Source: Candidatus Nezhaarchaeales archaeon
GTDB lineage: Archaea; Thermoproteota; Methanomethylicia; Nezhaarchaeales; WYZ-LMO8
Direction of reading: 5' to 3'
Assembly: GCA_038887515.1 (NCBI GenBank)
Contig: JAWAKK010000003.1
Location: 11,482 to 75,481, forward strand
DNA: 64,000 nucleotides
Made by a program: the position numbers and the translations under genes. The notes below the pieces were generated by a model. That model searched no databases. It had not been told where the DNA came from and saw only the letters and a program-made list of their open reading frames with translations. This document shows positions 9,586 to 20,167 of the stretch, piece by piece (position 1 is the first letter of the stretch; every line of letters starts with the position of its first letter).

Positions 9586-10818
9586 CTACACGCTATCGAC
9601 TAGTATAATTGAAGATAACATCATATCGCTTTTTAAGCCTTCTAACAGGGCCCTTTCACTTATCGCTAACTTAACGATCTTCGTCCTTCCGTACCTTCCC
9701 TTACTAGTTACCCTAGCATTAACAATCCCAAGCATGTCTAGATCGTTTATTATATCGCTTACCCGCCTCTGCGTTAATTCGTCTATCAATAGTTTCCTAC
9801 ATAGATTCTTGTAAGTATCATATATCTCACCAGTAGTAGCTTCACCCTTTCTTCTCTTCACAAGGTAAACAGCTAGGGCTACGAGCTTTGTGTGTAGGGG
9901 CATCGATTTTACAACTTCGACCGCTCTATCCTTCTCTATCTCTTTATAGGCCTTCCTAACGTGGTCCTCGAGAACCTTAGGAGTACCCTCTCTTTCAGCT
10001 ATCTCGCCGGCTACTCTGAGAAGATCTAAGGCCCTCCTAGCATCTCCATGCTCACGAGCAGCTAGAGTAGCACATAAAGGTATTACAGCTTCGTCGAGGA
10101 TGCCATCATAAAAGGCCATCTTAGCCCTTTCAGCTAATATATCGGCTAACTCCTCTGTCGTGTATGGTCGGAAAATTAACTCTTCCTCGCTTAAACTGCT
10201 TTTAACTCTAGGGTCTAGGTACTCAACAAAGTTCAAGTCGTTCGTTATCCCTATTATGGAAACCCTAGCGTTATGTAGATCCGGGTTTATTCTTGTAAGC
10301 TTGTAGAGAACGTCATCTCCACTAGCTTTGACTAGGAAGTCTACTTCATCTAAGACTGCAAAGAGAAGAATTCTATCCCTATCGAGAGACCTAATGAACC
10401 TCCTAAATAGTTCGGCTGTCGAGAGCCCCGTAAAAGGTACTTTCTCATTTAAATAGCTACATAAACTGAAGAGGACTCTGTAACTGGTGTTTTCGTTTCG
10501 ACAGTTTATGTAAGCAATCTTCAATCTTAAATCTTGAGAGTAACTCCTAGCGTACACATCTATCTTCCTTAAAACATACTTTGTTACGGCAGTTTTACCG
10601 GTCCCCGGGAGACCGTATATGAAGACGTTTGACGGCCTAGCCCCTTTAACCGCTGGGGCCAATATCTTAGCGAGCTTATCTATTTCCTCTTCCCTGTGTG
10701 GGAGGGTTTCAGGAACATAGTCTGGCCTAAGCTTCTCTCTATCCTTAAAAATCCTCGCTGACATTACCTTATGTATTATTTCGTCGATAGACAATATTGA
10801 CACCACAGTCGTAAACAA
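9586..10818 (-). CDS. cdc6: Orc1/Cdc6 replication initiator (exact start uncertain)
   Basis: LPHREEEI, GLPGTGKT, LDEVD, HGDARRALDLL, wHTH KGRYGRT. Confidence 0.95.
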   Translation of the reverse strand: MFTTVVSILSIDEIIHKVMSARIFKDREKLRPDYVPETLPHREEEIDKLAKILAPAVKGARPSNVFIYGLPGTGKTAVTKYVLRKIDVYARSYSQDLRLKIAYINCRNENTSYRVLFSLCSYLNEKVPFTGLSTAELFRRFIRSLDRDRILLFAVLDEVDFLVKASGDDVLYKLTRINPDLHNARVSIIGITNDLNFVEYLDPRVKSSLSEEELIFRPYTTEELADILAERAKMAFYDGILDEAVIPLCATLAAREHGDARRALDLLRVAGEIAEREGTPKVLEDHVRKAYKEIEKDRAVEVVKSMPLHTKLVALAVYLVKRRKGEATTGEIYDTYKNLCRKLLIDELTQRRVSDIINDLDMLGIVNARVTSKGRYGRTKIVKLAISERALLEGLKSDMMLSSIILVDSV

Positions 10819-10944
10819 AAGTGGATAGCATTAAGGTATGTATATTAACGCCTTAATAACCCTTAGTACAAAGATCCATCCTCGCAGAGTAACACTCTAA
10901 AGTTATAGAACGCTCGTCATATCCATAGGTCGTGTGTGAACAAT

Positions 10945-11904
10945 TCATTGCCTCCAATTTTTCAGGCCCTCCTTGAGTCGACACATACCGCATAACTCTT
11001 TCTTTGATGGCATACCACATTTTAAACAACTTCTCCAATTAATGGTCGTCGGAACTAGTGAGCTCGATAGCAACGGTGACACCCTCTTGACGTGGCTCTT
11101 AAGGAATGTGTGTTTAAAAGCTGGGTACATGGACTCTATGAACTCCATAAGCTTCTTTCTCTTATTCAACTTGGACTCACGACCTAAAGAACACTGAATA
11201 GAAGCGTAGGGCAACGATTTAATATCTACATAAAGCTTAAGCTCAAAGTCCGTTAATTCAATGAGGGGCTTTATCCTAGGTATTGCCTTAGGGTGTATTA
11301 ACTTAGTAACCGGCTGGAACTTCAAAGCTTCAAGCAAGTCCCCTCTAACGTAAAGGTCCCATAGAATTGCAACCGCGTCGTCTAGGTTATGACCTGTAGC
11401 TATTTTAGTAACGCCATAAGCTAGACCATAGTAATTCAAGATGTACCGCCTAACTAAACCGCAAAGCGAACATATCTTTCGATGCCTTAATGCTAGCGCA
11501 TCCAATCTATAACCTAGAAGGCTCTCTAAATCTACTATCTTGAGCTCAACGTTCTCGCATTTTGCCAACTCTTCGGCTTTATTTCGACACTCTTCAGAAA
11601 AACCTGCAATGCCTAAATCTACGTGTAAGCATACAACTTCAACTTCAGGTACAACCTTCTTAGTTAGATGTAGTAGCGCTGCACTATCCTTGCCCCCAGA
11701 TACGGCTACTAGGATCTTATCGTACTTCTCTATCATGCGGTATTCATTGATGGTTCTCAAGACCTTACGCTCGACGAACTTAACAAAGCAACTTTCACAT
11801 AAGCTAAGTCTCGCATAATTAAGTCTGACCTTAGCCTTCTCTACATGACAGTGTCCACAAACCCCTAAACTTTTTGATGTTGCTTCCTTCTTCATAAAAT
11901 ACAA
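10945..11904 (-). CDS. ttuA: tRNA 2-thiolation protein TtuA/Ncs6 family
   Basis: Zn fingers at both ends, SGGKDS PP-loop, CSLCG, GHNLDD. Confidence 0.88.
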   Translation of the reverse strand: MYFMKKEATSKSLGVCGHCHVEKAKVRLNYARLSLCESCFVKFVERKVLRTINEYRMIEKYDKILVAVSGGKDSAALLHLTKKVVPEVEVVCLHVDLGIAGFSEECRNKAEELAKCENVELKIVDLESLLGYRLDALALRHRKICSLCGLVRRYILNYYGLAYGVTKIATGHNLDDAVAILWDLYVRGDLLEALKFQPVTKLIHPKAIPRIKPLIELTDFELKLYVDIKSLPYASIQCSLGRESKLNKRKKLMEFIESMYPAFKHTFLKSHVKRVSPLLSSSLVPTTINWRSCLKCGMPSKKELCGMCRLKEGLKNWRQ

Positions 11905-12064
11905 TAGCTATACTTCGTCCAAGTCATTAAGCTTTTCTTAACATTGGTAATTATAGCTGAGGGTAACGCGTTACATTAACGAGAAGTTCTTAGAGGTGAT
12001 AGGCTTGAACATCTACGAATGTAGACCATAAATTTTCTATTAAAAGACTTGAATCATGGGATAA

Positions 12065-12138
12065 TGGACCGGGCGGGACTTGAACCCGCGACCTCCCGCA
12101 TGCCAAGCGGGCGATCCACCAGGCTGATCTACCGGCCC
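12065..12138 (-). tRNA. tRNA-Ala(GGC)
   Basis: GGGCCGG acceptor with G3-U70; CCCGC-TT-GGC-AT-GCGGG anticodon arm. Confidence 0.96.
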
Positions 12139-12190
12139 CCGCCATAATTATTAGGGGGCTGGGTATTAATGTTTCCATAGATTAACGATG

Positions 12191-12382
12191 TTAGATGAGA
12201 CGATATGCTCTATTCAGCGGTTTATTCTGCCAAGAATATTTTCTAATTCGACTTGACCTACCAAATCCACAAGCAGCACAGTAATGCTTCTTTTTGTTGT
12301 ACGCCCTCCTACCACATCTTCTACACTTAATGTGTGTTGCTCCTTTATTCATCTTTCCAAAAGATGTAGTGCCCTTAACCAC
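12191..12382 (-). CDS. rpl37e: 50S ribosomal protein L37e (start probably GTG 12382)
   Basis: [23 protein letters not shown]. Confidence 0.95.
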   Translation of the reverse strand: MVKGTTSFGKMNKGATHIKCRRCGRRAYNKKKHYCAACGFGRSSRIRKYSWQNKPLNRAYRLI

Positions 12383-12396
12383 TAGCTTAACCTCCG

Positions 12397-12624
12397 TCAC
12401 TTAGATACGGGGCTTATCAAAACTATGCTGTCGCCCCTAATTAGTATTAAGCCATGCTTTTTTGATTCTCCGTCTTGCTTTATCTCTTCGGCGTCTTCTA
12501 GGACTATGTTGAGGTGTTGATCATAACTTCTCAATTTGCCTCGAAATTCTTTACCTCCCTTCAGCCTAACGAATATCTGGTTGCCTATAGACGAAGACAA
12601 TATTGCTAATGTTGCTTCAGACAT
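12397..12624 (-). CDS. Sm-like archaeal protein SmAP1
   Basis: [25 protein letters not shown]; adjacent to rpl37e. Confidence 0.95.
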   Translation of the reverse strand: MSEATLAILSSSIGNQIFVRLKGGKEFRGKLRSYDQHLNIVLEDAEEIKQDGESKKHGLILIRGDSIVLISPVSK

Positions 12625-12722
12625 AATGACCCAACCGAATGGAGTCTTTTCCGCTTTTGCTTATAAGGATATACACGCTATGTATTTAAACCTTAGCAGT
12701 TAGTTGTTTAAGGTGATGATTA

Positions 12723-13223
12723 ATGCCAAAAATACGCATGCATATTTTAAGCAAAAGCGAGGCTAAAGAAGTTGCATCTATGATTTCGAAGAATTTTAGG
12801 TTCAAGGTCCCTCTAGATCATAAGTCCAAGTGGGAAATCATCGAATTAGGAGGAGAACTCGTATATTTAGTGAACGGTATGCCGATGGTCATAGAGTCTT
12901 CGGGCAAGCTAGTACCATTCCTAAAGGCGCTAATTGATGGATTAATTGAGCTCCCTAAGATTATCGTTGACATGGGAGCAGTTAAGCACATAGTTAATGG
13001 AGCTGATGTTATGGTCCCAGGCATAGTGAAGATCGAGGGGGACTTTAATAAAGAGGACTTAGTCGTAGTAGTCGACGAAAGATACAGTAAACCTCTATGC
13101 GTAGGCATCGCGCTACTTAGTAAAACGGAGATAGCGAGCTTGTCGAAAGGGAAAGTTGTGAAAAATATACACTACGTGGGCGATAAAATTTGGAAGGCGA
13201 TAAAAGATTTAGGCTTGATATGA
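12723..13223 (+). CDS. PUA-domain RNA-binding protein (MCT-1/Tma20-like)
   Basis: VDMGAVKHIVNGADVMVPGI, HYVGDKIW. Confidence 0.9.
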   Translation: MPKIRMHILSKSEAKEVASMISKNFRFKVPLDHKSKWEIIELGGELVYLVNGMPMVIESSGKLVPFLKALIDGLIELPKIIVDMGAVKHIVNGADVMVPGIVKIEGDFNKEDLVVVVDERYSKPLCVGIALLSKTEIASLSKGKVVKNIHYVGDKIWKAIKDLGLI

Positions 13224-13236
13224 TTAGATGCTTTAC

Positions 13237-15150
13237 TCATTGAATCTTGAGGGAATCTAGGTAGTCGGGCGCTTCAGTAGGTACTTTATAGGTCCTCTCT
13301 ATGCTTGAAGCTAAGCCCATAATCTTTTCGCTCTCCCCGTGACACAAAATTATTCTACGAGGTTTCGGCGAAACCCTTTCCACAAACCTTAACAGTTGTC
13401 TCCTGTCACTGTGACCACTAAATCCCTCACATGTATGAACTTCCATATTTATCCTGACGCTTACGGGCTTACCATCGACATAATCGACGACTACTTCCTT
13501 AGCGCCCTCTTGCACTACTCTGCCGAGTGTCCCCTCAACTTGGTAAGAAACGAAGATGAGAGAATTTCTTTCATCCTCAGCCATAAGCTTAAAGTACTCT
13601 AGTGCGGGCCCCGCGTTTAACATACCTGACGTTGCCAATATTATGCACGGTTCGCCCTCAACCACGTCTAGGCGCTCTCGACCTTTGGACAACGTTACGA
13701 AGTTTTCGGCTAGGAATGGATTTACATCTTCATAGAATATTTTGTCTCTAATCTCTTTGGCTAGGCTTTCTGGGTACGCGGTATGTATAGCCGTCGATTC
13801 CTGTATCATGCCTTCAATGTATATCGGGACTGAGGGGATAAGCTTCTTATCGACTGCGTCAGCCAAGACCAGCATTATCTCTTGGGCCCTACCTACAGCC
13901 AAAACTGGGATTAAGGCTTTACCTCCGCGCGCAAGAGTTCTACTTATTATCTCTATGAGTTTTGCTTCCGTCTCTTCTCTTGAAGGCATTACATCGTTAG
14001 GGCCACCATACGTTGATTCCATAATTAGTGTTTCAAGCCTAGGGAATACATATGTCGCTGTTTCAAGTAGCCTCGTCCTACCGTACTTGAAGTCGCCGGT
14101 GTATACTATATTGTGGAGCCCCTCGCCTATATGTAGGTGGGCCATTGACGAGCCGAGAATGTGGCCAGCGTTGTGAAGTGTTAGCTTCACGCTAGGAGCT
14201 ATATCCGTAACCTCGCCGTGGTTTAGTGTAATGGTGTGAAGGAGAGCCATTTTTACGTCCCTAATCCCATATATAGGTGTTCTTCCTTCCTTATCGGCTA
14301 CGTCTAGGTAGTCCTTTAATATCAGTGCCATGAGCATCTTTGTCGGTTCGCTACAGTAGACTGGTCCTCGATAACCATACTTAAAAAGTAGGGGTAAAGC
14401 ACCACAGTGATCCAAGTGTGCGTGAGTTATTACTACCGCGCTCAAGGAATCTATATCGAAATCTTCGACCCAAAAAGCTGGAAACTCATTTATATAATCC
14501 TTAGTACCGGGCTTGACCCCGCAGTCGAGTAGGATCTTGTCCTCTCCTATTTCAACAAGTATCGCAGAGCGCCCGACCTCTTTAAAGCCTCCTAAACCCG
14601 TTATCCTTACGCTGTCTATTCTATAAAGTAGGGGTCTATGAATCCTCCTCCCAGTCTCTCTCAGCATTTTCAGTCTGTAGCTACTATTCTTGTGCATTAA
14701 CATCGATACTGACTCAATAAACCTAGATTTCAACGGGGGTGTCCTGATGGGTATGGGTCTCCATAATGTATGTGCAAGTAGTTGCTTAAGCAGTGAGCTA
14801 TTCTTTCCTATCACAATGCCGGGCTTCTTAGCTTCTATAATCATTTCGCCCATAACGTCGTCAAAATACACGTTTGTTATACCAGCTTCGGGTGGAACCA
14901 ACTCGTAAACTATCCTCTTAGCCTCTTCCTTATCTTTTCTAACTTCCGGATCAGGCCTCAAGACTATCCTTTTTCTTAGGGTCTTAGCGGCGACCTTGAT
15001 GACGCCCCCATTTGATAGTAGGACCGCTGGGTTCTTAACATAAACTGCTATCTCGGGCCCCTCGAATTCTATCCTACTTATTCCTGCTTCTGACGGTATA
15101 CTCTTTAATATTCCCTCTTTAATCGAAGCCAAATGATTTACTTGTACCAA
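13237..15150 (-). CDS. fttA: Beta-CASP ribonuclease aCPSF1 / termination factor FttA
   Basis: Two KH domains, THAHLDH, AGHILGS, FSGHSD. Confidence 0.95.
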   Translation of the reverse strand: MVQVNHLASIKEGILKSIPSEAGISRIEFEGPEIAVYVKNPAVLLSNGGVIKVAAKTLRKRIVLRPDPEVRKDKEEAKRIVYELVPPEAGITNVYFDDVMGEMIIEAKKPGIVIGKNSSLLKQLLAHTLWRPIPIRTPPLKSRFIESVSMLMHKNSSYRLKMLRETGRRIHRPLLYRIDSVRITGLGGFKEVGRSAILVEIGEDKILLDCGVKPGTKDYINEFPAFWVEDFDIDSLSAVVITHAHLDHCGALPLLFKYGYRGPVYCSEPTKMLMALILKDYLDVADKEGRTPIYGIRDVKMALLHTITLNHGEVTDIAPSVKLTLHNAGHILGSSMAHLHIGEGLHNIVYTGDFKYGRTRLLETATYVFPRLETLIMESTYGGPNDVMPSREETEAKLIEIISRTLARGGKALIPVLAVGRAQEIMLVLADAVDKKLIPSVPIYIEGMIQESTAIHTAYPESLAKEIRDKIFYEDVNPFLAENFVTLSKGRERLDVVEGEPCIILATSGMLNAGPALEYFKLMAEDERNSLIFVSYQVEGTLGRVVQEGAKEVVVDYVDGKPVSVRINMEVHTCEGFSGHSDRRQLLRFVERVSPKPRRIILCHGESEKIMGLASSIERTYKVPTEAPDYLDSLKIQ

Positions 15151-15190
15151 GACCCCCTACCTTCCGTCTTAACGGAGATGCAGCTTTCCG

Positions 15191-15838
15191 TCAAAGTTTC
15201 TCAAGCTTTTCTTGAGGAATTTCTTCGACGCCCTCCTTAGTTATAGCCACAACATCAAATCCTTCACCAGACCCAGGATCCCATTTCATGGCGGCCTTTA
15301 TGGCTTCGATGGCTATTGGTATCGCCTCTTTAACCTTTATGTCGCCTCTATATCGAGATTCGAGAATCGCTAAAGCTAATGGTGAGCCTGAACCGGTCGC
15401 TATATATTTTTCTTCAGTTAAAGTCCCGAAGAAATCTATGTTAAACATTCTTGGGCCTTCATGATCTATACCGGCTACTATGACTTGGACTATGTACGGG
15501 AAGAACCTTGAAGAGGAGAAAATAACGTTAGACATCAGGTTTGCTACCGCTCTGACTGATGGGGCTTGCTTTGTAACGACCTTTAGGTACTTTACCTGAG
15601 CTCTTATGCTATCAACAAGCATCTGCGCATCAGCTACTACGCCAGCTATTGTAGCATAGATTGCATCGTCTATCTGGAGAATCTTTCTACCCCTCTTATT
15701 GGCGATGTAGAACCCTGACGTCACGCGCCTATCGGTTGCTAGCAATATTCCGTCAGCACATCTTATCCCTACTGTCGTAGTTCCCTTAAATAAGGGTCTT
15801 TCCATTTCTCTCATAATTGACATCTGCTGGCACACCAC
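15191..15838 (-). CDS. psmB: Proteasome beta subunit
   Basis: KG|TTTVG propeptide cleavage site, ATGSGSP. Confidence 0.95.
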   Translation of the reverse strand: MVCQQMSIMREMERPLFKGTTTVGIRCADGILLATDRRVTSGFYIANKRGRKILQIDDAIYATIAGVVADAQMLVDSIRAQVKYLKVVTKQAPSVRAVANLMSNVIFSSSRFFPYIVQVIVAGIDHEGPRMFNIDFFGTLTEEKYIATGSGSPLALAILESRYRGDIKVKEAIPIAIEAIKAAMKWDPGSGEGFDVVAITKEGVEEIPQEKLEKL

Positions 15839-15944
15839 AAAGCGGATAACTTTCTAAAACGTATTAGTTGGTAGAATGCTACTGTGCGAACAACAAGAGA
15901 GTATACATATTTAAAAGTTTTACTGAAACTGTCAGGGGATAATC

Positions 15945-16982
15945 TTGTTAGATCCTCATGACATAGAACTCCCAAGGAGAATTCTGATAGGCAAAGGGGT
16001 CATTAAGAATGTCGGTGATGTAGCTAGGTCTCTTGGACTTTCGGGTAAAGCTTACGTCTTATTGGGAAGGACTGGGCGCAACCTTGTAAGAGAAAGTGTA
16101 CTAAACTCTCTTTCAGCCTATGGGTTCGACGTAGTCGATGGTAACGTTAAAGAAGATGATGAGCTTCTTAACGAGGTGTTAAAGGCTAGACCCAATTTCG
16201 TAGTCTCAGTAGGTGGCGGAATGACCATAGACTTAGGTAAGTACGCGGCCTTTAAGTTGGGCGTCCCGTTTATAAGCGTCCCAACCGCGGCTTCTCACGA
16301 TGGTATAGCTTCGCCTATGGTGTCCTTGAAGAGTCTTAAGTCTCCCTATTCGATCAAGACAAAGCCACCTATGGCCGTCATAGCCGACGTAAGTGTAGTC
16401 ATGGACGCACCTCACAAGCTTTTAGCAAGTGGTTGTGGAGATGTACTAGCTAAGCTTACAGCGGTTAGAGACTGGAAGTTGGCCCATATATTAAAGAACG
16501 AATACTACGGCGAGTACGCGGCATCTCTTGCCGAGATGTCTGCCATGCTGGTCATGAAACATGCTAAACTCATAGGGGCTCACAAGGAAGAGGGTGTGAG
16601 GGTCGTCATCGAAGCTTTGGTTTCTTGCGGGGTAGCTATGTGCATAGCGGGTTCTTCAAGGCCTTGTTCTGGCTCTGAACATATGTTCTCGCACGCGTTA
16701 GATATGATAGCACCTAAGCCGGCTCTTCACGGCGAACAGTGCGGTATAGGAACCATAATGATGGCCTATATTCATGGAATGAAGTGGAAGAAGATCAAGA
16801 AAGTATTAAAGACTATAGGAGCTCCCACTACAGCAAAAGAGCTAGGCATAGATGACGAATACATAGTAAGAGCGCTTGTTGAAGCGCACAAGATTAGGCC
16901 TAGGTACACTATCCTTGGTGATACTGGACTGACTTGGGAAGCTGCTATGAGGATTGCTAAGGATACGGGGGTTATTGATTGA
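15945..16982 (+). CDS. egsA: Glycerol-1-phosphate dehydrogenase
   Basis: GGGMTID, PTAASHDG, SRPCSGSEH, LHGEQCG. Confidence 0.95.
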   Translation: MLDPHDIELPRRILIGKGVIKNVGDVARSLGLSGKAYVLLGRTGRNLVRESVLNSLSAYGFDVVDGNVKEDDELLNEVLKARPNFVVSVGGGMTIDLGKYAAFKLGVPFISVPTAASHDGIASPMVSLKSLKSPYSIKTKPPMAVIADVSVVMDAPHKLLASGCGDVLAKLTAVRDWKLAHILKNEYYGEYAASLAEMSAMLVMKHAKLIGAHKEEGVRVVIEALVSCGVAMCIAGSSRPCSGSEHMFSHALDMIAPKPALHGEQCGIGTIMMAYIHGMKWKKIKKVLKTIGAPTTAKELGIDDEYIVRALVEAHKIRPRYTILGDTGLTWEAAMRIAKDTGVID

Positions 16983-17428
16983 GCCAAGAACCAATAATAA
17001 CTCTCGTGGGGGAATTACAAGCTAAGCCCGGGTTTAAGTTCGTCTTTAAGGGGGCTACGGATGTATGTACCCTATGCAAGTTAAAAGAGGTATGTGTAAT
17101 GAAGCTGGAGCCGGGCATCATGTATAAAGTCGTTGAGACTTTAAAGAAGAGGCATAAGTGTCCTCTAAGAGAAGGTTCGGTCGTAGTAGTTCGAGTAGTA
17201 GAGACCGAAGTGGACGCTCTCATTGACGCGAAGGTAGCCGTAGAGGATGCTATATTAACGTTAAGGCGAAAGTCCTGCAATAATCGTAATTGCAAGTTAT
17301 GGAGTTTATGTCAAAACGATTACGTAAAAGACGGAGAAAAGTATAGGGTTTTAAAAGTTTGGGAAGAAAGCGTTACTTGTGATGGAAAGAAGATGGTAAG
17401 GGTAACGCTGGTTAGAGTAAAGGGTTAA
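16979..17428 (+). CDS. UPF0179 family protein
   Basis: ITLVG..., CTLCKLKEVC, HKCP; usual neighbour of egsA. Confidence 0.85.
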   Translation: MSQEPIITLVGELQAKPGFKFVFKGATDVCTLCKLKEVCVMKLEPGIMYKVVETLKKRHKCPLREGSVVVVRVVETEVDALIDAKVAVEDAILTLRRKSCNNRNCKLWSLCQNDYVKDGEKYRVLKVWEESVTCDGKKMVRVTLVRVKG

Positions 17429-17443
17429 TCGAGCATCGCGTCA

Positions 17444-18919
17444 TTAAGCGTCGAAGTACAAGAAGAATTCGTAGGGATGAGGTCTTATAGACACTTGAAT
17501 ATAGTTTTCTCTCACTATTTCTACATGCTTCTCTAAGATTTCGTTAGTAAATATGGGCTTTAGGTACTCCATGTCTGAGAGCAGTTCTTCTACAGCTTCC
17601 TTGAGACTTCCGGGCAACTCTTTAATGCCAAGAGCTCTTCTCCTCTCAGGAGATAATAAGTAAATGTTCTCGTCTACAGGATCTCCAGGATCTATCTTCT
17701 TCTTTATTCCATCTAAGCCAGCTGCCAGAATGGCTGCAAAACATAAGTAGGGGTTTGAAGAGGGGTCTGGGGGCCTGTATTCTATTCTCTTACTTACCGA
17801 AGCCTTCAAGCCCTTCCTGTAGTATGCTGGTACTCTTATACATGCCGATCTATTAGCCCTACTCCAAGCTATATATACGGGGGCCTCATAGCCAGGTACA
17901 AGCCTCTTGTACGAGTTGGTTGTAGGGTTTGTGATGGCTGCTAGAGACCTCGCGTGATCCATAAGCCCTCCAATGAAATACCTACCGGTTTGACTTAGTT
18001 CTGCGTAGTCGTCGCTGGGGTCGTAGAAGGCGTTGCCTTCATTGTTCCATAAACTTACGTTTACATGCATTCCAGAAGCGTTATCACCAAATATTGGTTT
18101 TGGCATGAAAGTTGCTATGAGACCCATGGTCTTTGCTACATTCTTGACCACGAACTTATACGTCATAACATTGTCAGCCATGTTGGTTAGCGTATCTCTG
18201 TACATGGTTATCTCACATTGTCCTGCTGTTGCAACTTCATGGTGGTGAGCATCACTCAAAATTCCGAAATACTCCTCGAGGGTTTTTACGCATTTACACC
18301 TAAATTCCATCAAAGTATCCTGTGGCGGGATTGAAAAATAACCATCTTTAAACCTTATAGGATAGCCTACTTGCACCTCGGTATTCCAAGGAGCCTCTTC
18401 AGACATCAGGTAGTACGATTGACCCTTATACGAATCGAGCACGTCCCATTCAACTCTTTTGAAGACAAAAAATTCCACTTCGGGACCCCAATAGGACGTC
18501 GTAAATCCCTCATTCTTCAAGAACTCCTCAGCCCTTTGAGCTATATACCTTGGATCCCTTTCAAGTCTTCCACGACTAAATCCCCAGTATACGTTACAGA
18601 TGAGGCGAGCCGTCTTTAATTCTCCACTAGACCAAGGTATAACAGCATACGTGTTCGGGTCGGGTTTCAACAACATGTCAGAGTCTTGGACTTCAGCAAA
18701 CCCTTTTATTGATGATCCGTCCAGTTTAGATAGCCCTTCGCTAAAGACCTCTTCGTTTATCTCTCTCCTAGGCACAGTAACGTGGTAAAATTTGCCAGTT
18801 AAACCTGTGAATTGAAGATCAACAAATTTTATATTATCGCTACTTAGTAGCTCTAAGACTTCTTGAACATTCCTTGTAACTTGCTCGCAAGATCCGTCGT
18901 CTCTTATTTTGAACGGCAA
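17444..18919 (-). CDS. glnA: Glutamine synthetase type I
   Basis: DGSSIKG, HHHEVA, FMPKP, SGMHVN, NSYKRLVPGYEAP, NRSACIR, RIEYR. Confidence 0.96.
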   Translation of the reverse strand: MPFKIRDDGSCEQVTRNVQEVLELLSSDNIKFVDLQFTGLTGKFYHVTVPRREINEEVFSEGLSKLDGSSIKGFAEVQDSDMLLKPDPNTYAVIPWSSGELKTARLICNVYWGFSRGRLERDPRYIAQRAEEFLKNEGFTTSYWGPEVEFFVFKRVEWDVLDSYKGQSYYLMSEEAPWNTEVQVGYPIRFKDGYFSIPPQDTLMEFRCKCVKTLEEYFGILSDAHHHEVATAGQCEITMYRDTLTNMADNVMTYKFVVKNVAKTMGLIATFMPKPIFGDNASGMHVNVSLWNNEGNAFYDPSDDYAELSQTGRYFIGGLMDHARSLAAITNPTTNSYKRLVPGYEAPVYIAWSRANRSACIRVPAYYRKGLKASVSKRIEYRPPDPSSNPYLCFAAILAAGLDGIKKKIDPGDPVDENIYLLSPERRRALGIKELPGSLKEAVEELLSDMEYLKPIFTNEILEKHVEIVRENYIQVSIRPHPYEFFLYFDA

Positions 18920-19061
18920 CTCTATAACCCTCCCAATATCTCACATCTCTCTTAATGAGTCTTTATAAGCTTTGCTAATTTTAACACTTGATAAGATCTA
19001 TTCATAAATTACTAGGCAATAGTTTAAGTTAAGTGACGATAATTTATACTTTCAACTAGTA

Positions 19062-19105
19062 TTTAATAATGTTTGTTAAACATATGTTTAACAAACATTA
19101 TTAAA
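19062..19105. repeat. Perfect 44-bp AT-rich palindrome in the glnA/HAD divergent intergenic region
   Basis: TTTAATAATGTTTGTTAAACAT|ATGTTTAACAAACATTATTAAA. Confidence 0.95.
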
Positions 19106-19174
19106 CTACCATGGTGGCAACTTTAGAGAGTTTTAGAGAACGCCTTTTATGTTTCGCTTACAATAACTTCGACC

Positions 19175-19828
19175 GTGTATCAGGGTCTAGAAGTCAAAGT
19201 AATCTCACTCGATGTTGCCGGAACCCTCGTTAGCGATAGCTTCATAGATTATTTTTGGCTTGAACTGATACCACAACTATTCGCAGAAAGGCATGGTGTA
19301 ACTCTCGAGGAATCCAAGCGCTTCGTTTATTCAAGCTACGATAAGATCGGTAGGAATGATTTGAGGTGGTACCTTCCTAGCTTCTGGTTCAAGTCATTCG
19401 ACTTAAATCTAAGTGTTTCTGAAGCCCTCAACTCTATTCGTGATAAGGTAGAAGTTTACTCGGACGTTAGGAAGGCCTTAGTAAAGTTGTCGAGTAAGCG
19501 CGATCTTGTCATCTCAAGTAACTTAAGTAAAGATTTCATAGACGTAGCTTTGGAGGCTATAGGCTTCCGCAACTTTAAGGCTATTTTCTCTTGCGTCACC
19601 GATCTAGGTCTCATAGGCAAGACTCCAGAATTCTACACTTTCATCCTAAAAAGGTTAGGAGTTCCTCCTAGAGCTGTGCTTCACGTAGGTGATGATCCCA
19701 TTAAGGACTACGAAAACCCGATCAGAGTTGGCATGAAAGCCATCCTCATAAAGAGGAGTGGGAATGCTACTTACCCTTACGTGAGGGATTTAATGGAACT
19801 CCTAAACATTTTAGACACGTCACCTTGA
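19175..19828 (+). CDS. HAD-superfamily hydrolase
   Basis: DVAGTL, SSN, KTP, HVGDD...D. Confidence 0.85.
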   Translation: MYQGLEVKVISLDVAGTLVSDSFIDYFWLELIPQLFAERHGVTLEESKRFVYSSYDKIGRNDLRWYLPSFWFKSFDLNLSVSEALNSIRDKVEVYSDVRKALVKLSSKRDLVISSNLSKDFIDVALEAIGFRNFKAIFSCVTDLGLIGKTPEFYTFILKRLGVPPRAVLHVGDDPIKDYENPIRVGMKAILIKRSGNATYPYVRDLMELLNILDTSP

Positions 19829-20167
19829 TACCATCTTAAATGCTGGAGACGTTATCCTCTCACTCTTACATTTAGGACACCTGCTAGGCTTTTTCGGCTT
19901 ATCGAGATTAGTAAAGATAAAGCCGCATTGCTTACAAGATGGAGGGATCATCGCCAAGACTTCGTTGCCTTGAGCTCTAACGGTCTTAGCTACGTGCCTT
20001 AAGTGTTCGTACACATCTTTAGGTTTAAGGTTCTTTAAGTCGAGTAGAATAATTATATCCTCCACTGTAAGAGGCTCTTTGCGACTTTTCAAAAGTCTTA
20101 CTATTCTTTCTCTGATAGTCTCGTCGAGGCTCATTGTTTTCACTATAAGACCTATCTGGAGAGCCAA
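19820..20167 (-). CDS. HTH + Zn-ribbon transcriptional regulator (COG3357-like)
   Basis: VYEHLRHVAKT, CKQCGF, PSRCPKCKSE. Confidence 0.85.
   Translation of the reverse strand: MALQIGLIVKTMSLDETIRERIVRLLKSRKEPLTVEDIIILLDLKNLKPKDVYEHLRHVAKTVRAQGNEVLAMIPPSCKQCGFIFTNLDKPKKPSRCPKCKSERITSPAFKMVSR

Noticed and set aside
10819-10944. Replication origin next to cdc6; also a C-box-like ATGACGA on the minus strand
   Set aside because: No ORB repeats are recognisable, and there is no matching D box.
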